64,000 nucleotides of DNA, taken from positions 1-64,000 of the forward strand of contig CDROCS010005581.1 in assembly GCA_977020255.1 (NCBI GenBank), in the 5' to 3' direction. The notes under the pieces are model-generated. The model made no database searches. It saw nothing but the letters and a program-made list of their open reading frames with translations, and was not told the DNA's origin. How positions within the stretch are numbered: position 1 is the first letter of the stretch; each line of letters starts with the position of its first letter. Origin of the DNA: Obrimoposthia wandeli. Taxonomy: Eukaryota. The translations under genes and the position numbers were made by a program. Of this stretch, positions 50,636 through 60,650 are shown piece after piece.

Positions 50636-51316
50636 CTAATCATAGTGATCAATAAAGGCTTTTAATGCTGAAAGACTGACTATTGAAATTTCCGCCCCCT
50701 CTTTTTCTATTAATCCTTTCTCTATCAGCTCTTTTACTGCGCGACGATAAACGCGGCTAGAAGTGCCAAACCGTTCAGCTTCCAATGTCACTTTATCGAA
50801 ATTACCAAGCATCACATTCACTTGGCTGCGATGCCACAAATCGTAAGCGATATTATAAGTAATCGGATGCAATAACCGATGGGTATAGATATCTAACGAG
50901 TCTTGGTAATCCGCAGCCAGTGCGCTAGAAAAAAACACTTGAAACTCAGGGCGCTCAATCAGCAATGTCGTCAATGCTTGTAAACAGATAATATCAACAT
51001 CGAGATCTTCTTCTGCCACTACACTCCACTGGCAAGGCGTATCACTGAAGAATTCCATTTCACCAAAGATATGATGATCACAATCGATCTCCCCCAATTG
51101 AAAACGACGCCCATTCATTGCGGCAATATTCATTGAGACACGCCCGACCGATACCACATACAAGTACTCTAAGGTTTGTCCCTGACGCAAAATTTCATCG
51201 CCAGCACATAAGAACTGCCGATGCGTTTGGCATTGATAAAACGCAGCTTTAAAGGCGGGATAAAGTGTTTCAAGGTGACGCGTGAAACGTCCTTGCTGAT
51301 AGGGCTTAATCTGCAT
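50636..51316 (-). CDS. Crp/Fnr-family regulator (cNMP-binding domain plus HTH)
   Basis: IFGEMEFFSDTPCQWSVVA; C-terminal FGTSSRVYRRAVKELIEKGLI helix-turn-helix. Confidence 0.8.
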   Translation of the reverse strand: MQIKPYQQGRFTRHLETLYPAFKAAFYQCQTHRQFLCAGDEILRQGQTLEYLYVVSVGRVSMNIAAMNGRRFQLGEIDCDHHIFGEMEFFSDTPCQWSVVAEEDLDVDIICLQALTTLLIERPEFQVFFSSALAADYQDSLDIYTHRLLHPITYNIAYDLWHRSQVNVMLGNFDKVTLEAERFGTSSRVYRRAVKELIEKGLIEKEGAEISIVSLSALKAFIDHYD

Positions 51317-51363
51317 ATCGCTGGGCTTCCAACATATTCACGAGTCATTATTGGCTCACATGA

Positions 51364-51627
51364 TATACCCAAGTTACCTCAAGATGTAGGATTCAGAGTG
51401 ATCTCAGCGTATTTAATTCAAGGAAAATGTGTGTAGGAATGGCTTTCTTTTTCAAACACATTTGACACAGAAGTAGATACGCTGAATCACTCCCGAAGGG
51501 CGAGTTTTGTTGGGCTCTATGCGGTGTTACTTATTTTCAACATAGAACGTAGGTCTATAAATAAGCGCCTTGCCTAGAGCCCAACAAATTCTCGCTGAAA
51601 CGAGCATCCTGAGGTAACTTGGGTATA
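51364..51627. mobile_element. ERIC-like MITE, long variant (264 bp)
   Basis: Same termini and body as the 40201 and 48166 copies. Confidence 0.9.
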
Positions 51628-51759
51628 TACCTAAATATTATGATTCGCCCTAGATTCAAGCAATAGGTAGTTCTAAAAAAGAAAGCCCAGAACATGTTGA
51701 TAAAACATATACGGGGCTTTCAAACGGCAGAAACCATAATAATGTTAGTAGTGGTTCTC

Positions 51760-52515
51760 TCAATCACTACACAAAGCGTGTAACGCCGTCAAGGCAGCAC
51801 GTTGTTCACCATTCATCATCACGGTATCAGCATTCACATACTGACCAACACCTTCTTGTACATCTTGCTCGAACAGCACGACATTATTCAATATTGATGC
51901 AACCTGCATGCCCCTCAACTTACCGACAGTCAGCAATGCTGAAGTTTCCATATCTGCGCCCAATACGCCTTTCTCATGCCAATACTGGCAAAGCTGCGCT
52001 TCATTATCGGTATAAAAACTATCATGTGAGCGTACTACACCGTAATGCACCTGACTGACATGTGGCTCTGTATTTGGCATTGTTAGAGAGCGATTCAAAT
52101 AAGCTTCCATCTTGGCTATCAGATGGCGATCTGCATACGCTGGAAAAGCAGTCGACACATACGCTTTCGATCCGCCATCGTCTCGTACAGCAGCTTCAGC
52201 AACAATCAAATCACCCAGTGCAATATTAACTTGCAGTGCGCCCGATGATCCCACGCGGATCACTTGCTTCACACCACACAAGTTAAGCTCTTCCAGTGCA
52301 ATAATCGCTGATGGTGCACCAATGCCTGTACTGCAAATCGTGACGAGCTGATCATTGAATCGTCCATTCATCAAACGGTATTCACGATTTTCAGCAATAA
52401 TTTCGACACCATCCAGTAAGGCTGCAATACGATTAACGCGATCAGGCTCACCACATACGATTACACGCTTGGCAATTTGCTCTGCCGAAACACAAAGGTG
52501 AGGTTGCTTACTCAT
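51760..52515 (-). CDS. Nucleoside phosphorylase (uridine-phosphorylase family)
   Basis: CGEPDRV, STGIGAPS, IRVGSSG, RSHDSFY, DMETS. Confidence 0.88.
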   Translation of the reverse strand: MSKQPHLCVSAEQIAKRVIVCGEPDRVNRIAALLDGVEIIAENREYRLMNGRFNDQLVTICSTGIGAPSAIIALEELNLCGVKQVIRVGSSGALQVNIALGDLIVAEAAVRDDGGSKAYVSTAFPAYADRHLIAKMEAYLNRSLTMPNTEPHVSQVHYGVVRSHDSFYTDNEAQLCQYWHEKGVLGADMETSALLTVGKLRGMQVASILNNVVLFEQDVQEGVGQYVNADTVMMNGEQRAALTALHALCSD

Positions 52516-53261
52516 TAGGCTTTTACCTCAACCGTCTGATCATGTTGCTTACTTTGCTGATTGTGCTTCGCCGTCTTCATCCACTGACGTGAACCGTTCG
52601 CTGCAATGAACAGTAAAATCACATATTCAATAGACAGGGCGTACACACCTTGCGCTGCATAGATACACACGCTGATCATGTTAATCACTACCCACAACAT
52701 CCAGTTTTCAACGTATTTACGCGTCATTAGGATTTGCGCCACAATTGACAATACCGTCATTACTGAATCCCAGAATGGAAAGGCATCTGGCGATAGTTCT
52801 GGGCGCGCTAAATCGGCACCAAAGGTATTCAATACATCCACGCTGATATTGGCTAAAGCAAAGAAAATAGGATCGATGAACACCGTCATGATTGCGATAG
52901 CAGCAACACTGACCGCTGCGGTAAACGCCATTTTTTGTTTATTGAGCCAGCGGACTTCCAACATATCGCCGTCTACCGAAGAAGGACGAGTCCACGCATA
53001 CCAGCCATAAATATTGGCGCAGAAGAAAAACAGTTGCAGCATCAAAATGCCGTAGAGTTGGATCTGAAAGAAAATGATTGCGAAAAGAGAAACGTTAATC
53101 AGACCAAACACGTAATTAATGGTTTTTTCTTGGCTGGCGTACCAAATACACAGTAAGCCAAAAACGGTACCAACGGCTTCAATCCATGACATAGCATACC
53201 CGTCACCAATTGGGATATTCACCAAAGTATTATTAATATCAAACCACGCAAATATATCCAT
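52515..53261 (-). CDS. pnuC: Nicotinamide riboside transporter PnuC
   Basis: MSWIEAVGT, FPFWDS, ENWMLWVVIN (WxxWxxxN). TAATG overlap with the phosphorylase gene. Confidence 0.88.
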   Translation of the reverse strand: MDIFAWFDINNTLVNIPIGDGYAMSWIEAVGTVFGLLCIWYASQEKTINYVFGLINVSLFAIIFFQIQLYGILMLQLFFFCANIYGWYAWTRPSSVDGDMLEVRWLNKQKMAFTAAVSVAAIAIMTVFIDPIFFALANISVDVLNTFGADLARPELSPDAFPFWDSVMTVLSIVAQILMTRKYVENWMLWVVINMISVCIYAAQGVYALSIEYVILLFIAANGSRQWMKTAKHNQQSKQHDQTVEVKA

Positions 53262-53523
53262 GTTTCATCCCTCTAATTGTTATTACATTTATTATTATTT
53301 AGCAGTATTGCTGTTGTGGTTATCAGTGTAATGAATATACAAAAACAGCAAGAGGACATTTGTCCCCTCACACTCGACACATATCAAAGATTGAAACAAG
53401 AAAGCCCCGACAACAGTGTTTTCACACCATCATCAGGGCTTCAGAATAAGAAATATCATCTTTATCACTAAGCATATCTGCCACTACAAGATGCTACTTA
53501 GCGAACCGGCTTACACCAAAAGG

Positions 53524-53766
53524 CTACCCCAGCATGCTTTCATGCTCAACCGATACCAAGGTTAATCGATTAAAAGCACCGGGCTTCACAGCAATCAAAC
53601 TGCCGTCGCCAAATTGGATACCGTCGAAAATACGACCTCCCCAATTAACTTTTTTGAATCTGGCGTAACGAGCTTTTACATACACAGCTTCTAACGCGTT
53701 CAGTGCCCCTTCCTTTTTTGCTTGAGCTTCAATGGCAGGGCTAAGTAATTTATTGGCAATCGTCAT
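53524..53766 (-). CDS. Small hypothetical protein (80 aa)
   Basis: ATG 53766 after CAGGT; protein-like composition; the ORF track extends it to 53826. Confidence 0.6.
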   Translation of the reverse strand: MTIANKLLSPAIEAQAKKEGALNALEAVYVKARYARFKKVNWGGRIFDGIQFGDGSLIAVKPGAFNRLTLVSVEHESMLG

Positions 53767-53917
53767 ATTGGACACCTGCTTTCTTGAGGTCATACTTTGT
53801 TTTACCAAATCGAGGCGCAGATGCAAGCCCTTATTTCACAAAGAAAGATCATAAACGATAAATGGGTAACAATCGGTCATTTCATCTACTGACCCATCAC
53901 ACCATGATTACGGCTTA

Positions 53918-53964
53918 TATACCCAAGATGCAGGATTCAGAGTGTTTAATTTAAGGAAAATGTG
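53918..53964. mobile_element. Internally deleted left-end remnant of the long MITE
   Basis: TATACCCAAG-ATGCAGGATTCAGAGTG-TTTAATTTAAGGAAAATGTG is the MITE left arm with two deletions. Confidence 0.75.
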
Positions 53965-54098
53965 ATTAATAATATCATCCCCACCCAGTAATTTATCACT
54001 CACAATCCATCATAAATCATTCATAATTAATGTAATATATTTACAAAACATACTCTGAAAATTAAATGCCCACACTTAAAGCATTGATAAATAAAGAC

Positions 54099-54114
54099 TA
54101 CCTCTTTAGGGTTA
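54099..54114. promoter_or_regulatory. NarP/NarL 7-2-7 site for nirB
   Basis: TACCTCT-tt-AGGGTTA versus TACYYMT-nn-AKRRGTA; centre 29 bp upstream of the FNR site. Confidence 0.7.
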
Positions 54115-54128
54115 TTTTAATAGTGTGG

Positions 54129-54142
54129 TTGATTTACATCAT
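54129..54142. promoter_or_regulatory. FNR site for nirB
   Basis: TTGAT-ttac-ATCAT, 9 of 10 positions of TTGAT-N4-ATCAA. Confidence 0.8.
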
Positions 54143-54205
54143 ATTCATTCACAAGCTGACTTATTATTATGCGAACAGATTTAACGCCTTTGTTAAGAGG
54201 ATATT

Positions 54206-56755
54206 ATGAGCAAAGTCAGATTGGCAATTATCGGTAACGGTATGGTCGGCCATCGCTATATCGAAGAACTTGTCGATAAAGCAGACATGGAAAATTTTGA
54301 AGTAACCGTTTTCTGTGAAGAACCACGTATTGCATATGACAGGGTTCACCTGTCTTCTTACTTCTCGCACCACACTGCAGATGAACTTTCTTTAGTGAAA
54401 GAAGGCTTCTATGAGAAACACGGCATCAATGTCCTTATTGGTGAACGTGCTATCACAATCAACCGCGCTCAAAAAATCATCCACTCAAATACAGGTCGTG
54501 AAATTAAATACGACAAATTGATCATGGCGACAGGTTCTTATCCTTGGGTGCCACCGATCAAAGGTAACGAAGGAAAAGACTGTTTCGTTTACCGTACTAT
54601 CGAAGATTTAAAGACCATTGAAGCAACAGCCAAACGCAGTAAAAGTGGCGTTGTTGTTGGTGGTGGTTTACTCGGGCTTGAAGCCGCTGGTGCATTAAAA
54701 GCACTGGGTGTTGAAACACACGTTATCGAATTTGCACCAGTATTGATGGCTGAACAGCTCGATCGCCAAGGTGGTGAGCAACTTCGTAACAAAATCGAAA
54801 AGCTGGGTGTAAAAGTACACACGGGCAAAAACACCAAAGAAATCGTGGCAGAAGGCACTAACGCTCGTAACACCATGAACTTTGCTGATGGTACATCGTT
54901 AGAAATCGATTTCATCGTGTTCTCTACCGGCATTCGTCCTCAAGATAAGCTGGCAATGCAATGCGGCTTGGCAACTGGTCGTCGTGGCGGTGTTGCAATC
55001 AATAATAATTGCCTGACATCAGATGAAGATGTTTACGCAATTGGTGAATGTGCATCGTGGAATGAAATGTTCTACGGCTTAGTTGCACCAGGCTACAAAA
55101 TGGCACAAGTTGCGGTTAGCCACCTTATTGGTGAAGACAAAACATTCGAAGGCGCAGACATGAGCGCGAAGCTGAAATTGCTTGGCGTAAAAGTAGGCAG
55201 TATTGGCGATGCGAATGGTCGTACACCTAACTGTAAGAGCTACGTTTACCTTGATGAAAACGAAGAAGTGTATAAGCGCATCATCGTTTCGGAAGACGGT
55301 AAAAAGTTATTAGGCGCGGTATTAGTCGGCGATACATCCGATTACGGTAACCTGCTGCAACTTAAGCTTAATGATATGGATCTGCCGAAACACCCAGATA
55401 CATTAATTTTGCCCGCTCACGCTGGTGCAGAAAAGCCATCAATGGGTGCTGACTCATTACCTGAAACAGCGGTTATCTGTTCATGTTTCGATGTGACTAA
55501 AGGCAAAATTGCAACCGCAGTTGCAGATGGCCATACAACATTAGGTGAAATCAAAGCTGTAACGGGTGCAGGTACGGGCTGTGGTGGTTGTATTCCACTG
55601 ATTACACAAGTACTGAATGCTGAGCTAGCCAAAGCCGGTATCGAAGTTAAAAATCACTTATGTGAGCACTTTGAATATTCTCGCCAAGAGCTATTTCACC
55701 TAATTCGTGTTGAAGAAATCAAATCATTCGACGAATTATTAAAGAAATACGGTAAAGGTTACGGCTGTGAAGTTTGTAAACCAACGGTCGGTTCTATTCT
55801 TGCGTCTAGCTGGAACGATTACGTTCTAACCAAAGATAATACGCAACTGCAAGATACCCACGACATCTTCCTTGGCAACATGCAAAAAGACGGTACGTAC
55901 TCTGTTATTCCGCGTATGGCGGGTGGCGAAGTCACACCAGCAGCATTACTTGCCGTTGCTCAAGTGGCTAACGACTACAACTTGTACACCAAAATTACGG
56001 GTGCACAGCGTATTGGCTTATTTGGTGCGCAAAAAGATGACCTTCCTGCTATTTGGGAAAAACTAATTTCTGCTGGTTTTGAAACAGGTCAAGCGTATGC
56101 AAAAGCCCTTCGCATGGCAAAAACATGTGTGGGTAGCACTTGGTGCCGCTTTGGTGTGCAAGACAGTACTACTCTAGGTGTTGAGCTAGAAAATCGCTAC
56201 AAAGGTATTCGTACACCACACAAAATGAAGTTCGGTGTATCAGGTTGTACCCGTGAGTGTGCTGAAGCACAGGGTAAAGACCTTGGTATCATTGCAACGG
56301 ATGCTGGTTGGAATATGTATGTGGGTGGTAACGGAGGCATGAAACCTCGCCATGCTGATTTATTAGCAACCGACCTTGATAAAGATACCCTGCTTAAATA
56401 CATCGACCGCTACATGATGTTCTATATCCGTACTGCCGATAAAGTACAACGCACATCGGTATGGCTAGAAAACTTAGAAGGCGGTATCGAATACCTGCGC
56501 GGTGTGATCATCAACGACAAGTTAGGCATCAACGCACAACTTGAAACCGATATTGAAAAACTGATTGCGAGCTTCCAGTGTGAATGGGCAACAACGCTTG
56601 AAGATGACAATCAATTGAAACGTTTCAATCATTTCATTAACTCTTCAGAGCGTGATAGCAATGTCGTTTTCGTTCCAGAACGTGAACAACACCGCCCTGC
56701 GAGTGAAAATGAAAAAGCGCCAATCTACACGATTTCATTGGAGGAAAAAGCATGA
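54206..56755 (+). CDS. nirB: NADH-dependent nitrite reductase large subunit
   Basis: IGNGMVGH, GGGLLGLE, two BFD-like [2Fe-2S] motifs, KTCVGSTWC, SGCTREC. Confidence 0.96.
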   Translation: MSKVRLAIIGNGMVGHRYIEELVDKADMENFEVTVFCEEPRIAYDRVHLSSYFSHHTADELSLVKEGFYEKHGINVLIGERAITINRAQKIIHSNTGREIKYDKLIMATGSYPWVPPIKGNEGKDCFVYRTIEDLKTIEATAKRSKSGVVVGGGLLGLEAAGALKALGVETHVIEFAPVLMAEQLDRQGGEQLRNKIEKLGVKVHTGKNTKEIVAEGTNARNTMNFADGTSLEIDFIVFSTGIRPQDKLAMQCGLATGRRGGVAINNNCLTSDEDVYAIGECASWNEMFYGLVAPGYKMAQVAVSHLIGEDKTFEGADMSAKLKLLGVKVGSIGDANGRTPNCKSYVYLDENEEVYKRIIVSEDGKKLLGAVLVGDTSDYGNLLQLKLNDMDLPKHPDTLILPAHAGAEKPSMGADSLPETAVICSCFDVTKGKIATAVADGHTTLGEIKAVTGAGTGCGGCIPLITQVLNAELAKAGIEVKNHLCEHFEYSRQELFHLIRVEEIKSFDELLKKYGKGYGCEVCKPTVGSILASSWNDYVLTKDNTQLQDTHDIFLGNMQKDGTYSVIPRMAGGEVTPAALLAVAQVANDYNLYTKITGAQRIGLFGAQKDDLPAIWEKLISAGFETGQAYAKALRMAKTCVGSTWCRFGVQDSTTLGVELENRYKGIRTPHKMKFGVSGCTRECAEAQGKDLGIIATDAGWNMYVGGNGGMKPRHADLLATDLDKDTLLKYIDRYMMFYIRTADKVQRTSVWLENLEGGIEYLRGVIINDKLGINAQLETDIEKLIASFQCEWATTLEDDNQLKRFNHFINSSERDSNVVFVPEREQHRPASENEKAPIYTISLEEKA

Positions 56756-57078
56756 GCCAGTGGATTTCAGTCTGTGCAATTGACGATCTGATACCGGGAA
56801 CTGGGGTATGTGCCCTTGTTGAAGGCGAGCAAGTTGCTATCTTTCGCCCGTACGCATCAGAAGAACTTTTCGCCATCGACAACATGGACCCATTTGCACG
56901 TTCAAACGTGTTATCTCGCGGTTTGATTTGTGAGCATGACGGTGAGCTTTGGGTCGCAAGCCCATTGAAAAAACAGCGATTCGCTTTAAAAGACGGACGT
57001 TGTTTAGAAAACACTGACGTCACAGTAAAGAGCTACCAGATACAAGTAGAAAACGGCGACGTTCAAATCGCAGCATAG
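56752..57078 (+). CDS. nirD: Nitrite reductase small subunit
   Basis: Rieske-like fold, SRGLI...VASPLKKQRF; ATGA overlap with nirB. Confidence 0.94.
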   Translation: MSQWISVCAIDDLIPGTGVCALVEGEQVAIFRPYASEELFAIDNMDPFARSNVLSRGLICEHDGELWVASPLKKQRFALKDGRCLENTDVTVKSYQIQVENGDVQIAA

Positions 57079-57225
57079 ATCAAGTCGCTGCATAGAATAG
57101 TTAGAAACATCATTCAGGGAATTCAGCATCTCCAGTTGTTTTGGATTCCCTGCTTTTTGGAATGAGTATGGATATCCCTTTTATCTATTCCAAAAAGATT
57201 TCGATTTAACTTAAGGAAGAACTTC

Positions 57226-58047
57226 ATGTACGCAGATACCATCAAGAAATGTTCAGCTAACGCTGCACGTATCGTCGATTTTGCAGATAAGGAAAAGTTT
57301 GGGTTTTGGCTAAGCTCTGCCATGGCAGGTGCTTATGTTGGTTTAGGTATTATTCTGATTTTCACACTGGGCAATATGGTTGATCCGTCAATCCGTCCAC
57401 TGGTTATGGGTAGTACATTTGGCATTGCTTTAACACTCGTTATTATCGCAGGTTCTGAGCTATATACCGGACACACTATGTTTCTTACTTTTGGTGTAAA
57501 AACAGGCCAAATCACGGTTGCAGATACCTTGCGCGTGCTACCTCAAACATGGATGGGTAATTTGCTTGGCTCTGTCGGTGTTGCCCTACTGTTCTTCTAT
57601 GCTGGCGGCGGTAAATTATTACCCGATAGCAACAGCTTATTAAACAACGTCGCAATGGCAAAAACAGCTGCACCAGCATCAGTACTTTTATTTAAAGGTA
57701 TTTTATGTAACTGGTTAGTTTGTCTTGCTATTTGGATGTGTCAGCGTGTTGAAGGTTCAGCAAAATTCCTCGCTATCTGGTGGTGTTTACTTGCCTTCAT
57801 CGCATCGGGTTTCGAGCACTCAATCGCGAACATGACTATCTTTGCTTTATCTTACCTTGGCGAACATAAAGAAGCCTTTACGCTAGCGGGAATTGGCCAC
57901 AATCTACTTTGGGTAACTGTGGGTAATACGATTTCTGGTGTTGTATTCATGGGCTTGGGCTACTGGTTTTCGACACCCAAAGCGCAACGTCCTTTACTTG
58001 CTTCTGCAAAAAAAGAACAGACTAACAGCGTGACACAAACAGCTTAA
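57226..58047 (+). CDS. nirC: Nitrite transporter (FNT family)
   Basis: GSELYTG, GILCNWLVCLA, GFEHSIANM, GNTISG. Confidence 0.93.
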   Translation: MYADTIKKCSANAARIVDFADKEKFGFWLSSAMAGAYVGLGIILIFTLGNMVDPSIRPLVMGSTFGIALTLVIIAGSELYTGHTMFLTFGVKTGQITVADTLRVLPQTWMGNLLGSVGVALLFFYAGGGKLLPDSNSLLNNVAMAKTAAPASVLLFKGILCNWLVCLAIWMCQRVEGSAKFLAIWWCLLAFIASGFEHSIANMTIFALSYLGEHKEAFTLAGIGHNLLWVTVGNTISGVVFMGLGYWFSTPKAQRPLLASAKKEQTNSVTQTA

Positions 58048-58070
58048 GACCAGACTGAACATACCGAATA

Positions 58071-58955
58071 ATGACGCGGAGTAAGCATACAATGGCAATT
58101 ATCAATACAGTAAGTCAGCTAAACCAAGCGGTGAATCAGAAACGTGATAACACTCAACTCGGTAAAGTGATTCTTGTTGGTGCAGGGCCGGGCGATCCTG
58201 ATTTACTAACCGTAAAAGCGCTGCGTCTTATTCAACAAGCCGATGTCATCGTGTATGACCGACTTGTCTCTAACGATATTGTGGCACTCGCGCCAGAAAG
58301 CACTGAATTAGTCTTTGTGGGTAAACGTGCAGGACACCATTGTGTACCGCAAGAGGGTATTAACCAGATTTTGGTTGAGCAAGCACTAAAAGGTAAATTA
58401 GTGGTTCGTCTAAAAGGCGGCGACCCATTTATATTTGGTCGTGGTGGTGAAGAATTAGAAGCGTTACTGCCATACCAAATTCCATTTGAAGTCGTACCCG
58501 GTATTACGGCAGCGGCTGGTTGTGCTGCTTATGCTGGTATTCCTCTGACTCACCGTGATCACGCGCAAAGTGTGCAATTTATAACGGGTCATTTGAAATC
58601 CGAAAAAGAGCAAATTGATTGGGCCTCATTAGCCCGTTCAAACCATACCTTAGTGTTCTATATGGGGTTAACCCAAAGCGGTGAAATTCGTCGTCGATTA
58701 GAAGCTAACGGCATGTCACCTTCTACACCTGTTGCTATTGTTGAACGTGGTACAAGCAAGCAACAACGTGTGCTGCCTTGCTCACTTCAAACATTAAACA
58801 TCATTGCTGAACATGCAGAAAGCCCAGCCTTAATTATCATTGGTAGTGTTACGCAGCTTACTCATAAATTGTCATGGTTTGCACCAGAAAAAAGTATCCA
58901 TGACGAATACTCTGAAATGCGAGTAACACCAATAGCCAAAGTAGCAGGTTTATAG
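58071..58955 (+). CDS. cysG: Uroporphyrinogen-III C-methyltransferase (CysG methyltransferase domain only)
   Basis: [35 protein letters not shown]. No N-terminal dehydrogenase/chelatase domain. The start may be 58092. Confidence 0.88.
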   Translation: MTRSKHTMAIINTVSQLNQAVNQKRDNTQLGKVILVGAGPGDPDLLTVKALRLIQQADVIVYDRLVSNDIVALAPESTELVFVGKRAGHHCVPQEGINQILVEQALKGKLVVRLKGGDPFIFGRGGEELEALLPYQIPFEVVPGITAAAGCAAYAGIPLTHRDHAQSVQFITGHLKSEKEQIDWASLARSNHTLVFYMGLTQSGEIRRRLEANGMSPSTPVAIVERGTSKQQRVLPCSLQTLNIIAEHAESPALIIIGSVTQLTHKLSWFAPEKSIHDEYSEMRVTPIAKVAGL

Positions 58956-58976
58956 ACTCTTTTTTAAACAAAGCAT

Positions 58977-59043
58977 AAAAGCCGAGAACATGACCTTAGA
59001 TAGTTGTTTAGACTAGTATTTAAGACCATGCCCTCGGCTTTTT
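58977..59043 (+). terminator. Long-loop terminator after cysG
   Basis: AAAAGCCGAG..CATG / CATG..CTCGGCTTTTT. Confidence 0.6.
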
Positions 59044-59119
59044 CGTCATTTATTACCTAATATCTGCAAACGTGCACTAAAATGAGTACAGTTGGTTAAG
59101 AACTGTCGTTGAGGTTCGT

Positions 59120-59485
59120 ATGTTTGAAATAACGCAATGTGGTGATAATCGTATTGATATGTCATTCGGTGGCAAAATCGATAGCGAAGAAATGAAAACA
59201 CTATTAGACGAATTCGTGGATAAAACCAAAGATGTAGAAGATGGCATTATGCTATATACCATCCATGACTTTGATTTCCCGACACTCAGTGCCATCGGTG
59301 AAGAGATCACACGCTTACCTGAGCTTTTTCGTCACACTCGTAAATTTAAAAAAGTGGCAGTGCTGGCTGAACAACAATGGTTACGAAAAGTCAGTGAAAT
59401 AGAAGGTATGTTAATTCCAGGGTTAGACATTAAAGGCTTTCCACTCAGTGGCACTGAAAATGCAGAAGCGTGGCTTGCTCAATAA
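59120..59485 (+). CDS. SpoIIAA-like (STAS/SEC14) protein
   Basis: GKIDSEEM...KKVAVLAEQQWL...IKGF...AEAWL pattern. Confidence 0.75.
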   Translation: MFEITQCGDNRIDMSFGGKIDSEEMKTLLDEFVDKTKDVEDGIMLYTIHDFDFPTLSAIGEEITRLPELFRHTRKFKKVAVLAEQQWLRKVSEIEGMLIPGLDIKGFPLSGTENAEAWLAQ

Positions 59486-59565
59486 CATCATCAAGCGCGG
59501 CTAATTAGCAGCGCGCTCTCTTCATACGGAGTTAATCTGTCAAACTTAAATCTAAGTAAGAGACA

Positions 59566-60003
59566 TTAAGCCAGCGCAGAACGTTTTTCATCAATTTTAA
59601 TGCCCAACCACATACCCGCCAGCATAAAAGCAATAAATAACAACATCGAACTATTCAACGCAGAGACCGACGTTACAGCAGGTCCAGGACAAATACCTGC
59701 GATACCCCACCCTAAACCAAATAATGCCGCACCACCGATTAAACGTTTATCAACCGTGTTATTTGAACTGATTTGAAACTCACGGCTACACACAGGCTTT
59801 TCACGTTTTTTAATCACTAACAAGTAAATTGGCGTAAACACTAACAATGCACCACCCATCACGAAGGCTAAGCTAGGATCCCAATCACCCGCAATATCAA
59901 GAAAGCCAATCACTTTAGTGGGATCAACCATGCCAGACATCATCATGCCTAATCCAAACAGCAGCCCAGCTGCCAGTGCAATCACCTTAGATAATAGATT
60001 CAT
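59566..60003 (-). CDS. YeeE/YedE-family sulfur-compound membrane protein
   Basis: KVIGFLD..G.WDPSL, GAALFGLGWGIAGICPGP. Start uncertain (60003-60039). Confidence 0.85.
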   Translation of the reverse strand: MNLLSKVIALAAGLLFGLGMMMSGMVDPTKVIGFLDIAGDWDPSLAFVMGGALLVFTPIYLLVIKKREKPVCSREFQISSNNTVDKRLIGGAALFGLGWGIAGICPGPAVTSVSALNSSMLLFIAFMLAGMWLGIKIDEKRSALA

Positions 60004-60016
60004 ATTCATCATGCTC

Positions 60017-60436
60017 TTATAAAAGATGTAAACGGACAAATACCGTCACAACCGCAACGGCCATAAAGACACAAGTCGCGACAATCGAACGTTTAGATAA
60101 ACGCCCCATCCCACAAATACCATGCCCACTTGTACAACCGTTACCCAGCTTCGTGCCAATGCCGACAAGTAGCCCTGCCAATGCAACCCAAAATACAGAT
60201 GTGACAGGTAGCGATTCAGGTACGTTAAAGCCAAGTAAAGGTGCAAGCGCGCCACTCATCACCATGCCAATAACAAAAAGGAACCGCCACGATACCTCGC
60301 CTTTCACGGGTTTAAGTAACCCCGAAACAATGCCACTGATGCCTGCAATTCTTCCATTCATTATTAATAACAGCGCCGCGGCTAGCCCAAGTAGCATGCC
60401 ACCACGTAATGCATCCCATGGAATTTCAAATGCCAT
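60017..60436 (-). CDS. YeeE/YedE-family sulfur-compound membrane protein
   Basis: NGRIAGISG, GNGCTSGHGICG. Start placed at ATG 60436. Confidence 0.88.
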   Translation of the reverse strand: MAFEIPWDALRGGMLLGLAAALLLIMNGRIAGISGIVSGLLKPVKGEVSWRFLFVIGMVMSGALAPLLGFNVPESLPVTSVFWVALAGLLVGIGTKLGNGCTSGHGICGMGRLSKRSIVATCVFMAVAVVTVFVRLHLL

Positions 60437-60467
60437 ATGTTTTTTCCTAATCAAATATGGATTTCGT

Positions 60468-60569
60468 TAATTAGAGATTACTAAATTATAAAAATTAGTC
60501 AATAGTAATTTAGCCTTACCTAATAAAGATCAATCTAATAAAGCGCGTGTTTAATTAGCTTTTACTAAT
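60468..60569. promoter_or_regulatory. Repeated palindromic operator (A/T)TTAG-N6-CTAA(T/A)
   Basis: Copies at about 60470, 60509 and 60554, plus a one-mismatch copy at 60494, in the divergent promoter region. Confidence 0.6.
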
Positions 60570-60608
60570 TTATTGTTTGTAGTATCTTATAATGCAAATG
60601 GGATAGCT

Positions 60609-60627
60609 TATACCCAAGCTACCTCAA
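60609..60627. mobile_element. Isolated MITE left terminal repeat
   Basis: TATACCCAAGCTACCTCAA is identical to the first 19 nt of the 40201 copy. Confidence 0.7.
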
Positions 60628-60650
60628 TACGTATTGAAAGGAAGTAATAG

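Noticed and set aside
53277-53471. 64-aa ORF divergent from pnuC
   Set aside because: Starts 16 nt from the pnuC start, leaving no room for promoters or an RBS; no recognisable motif.
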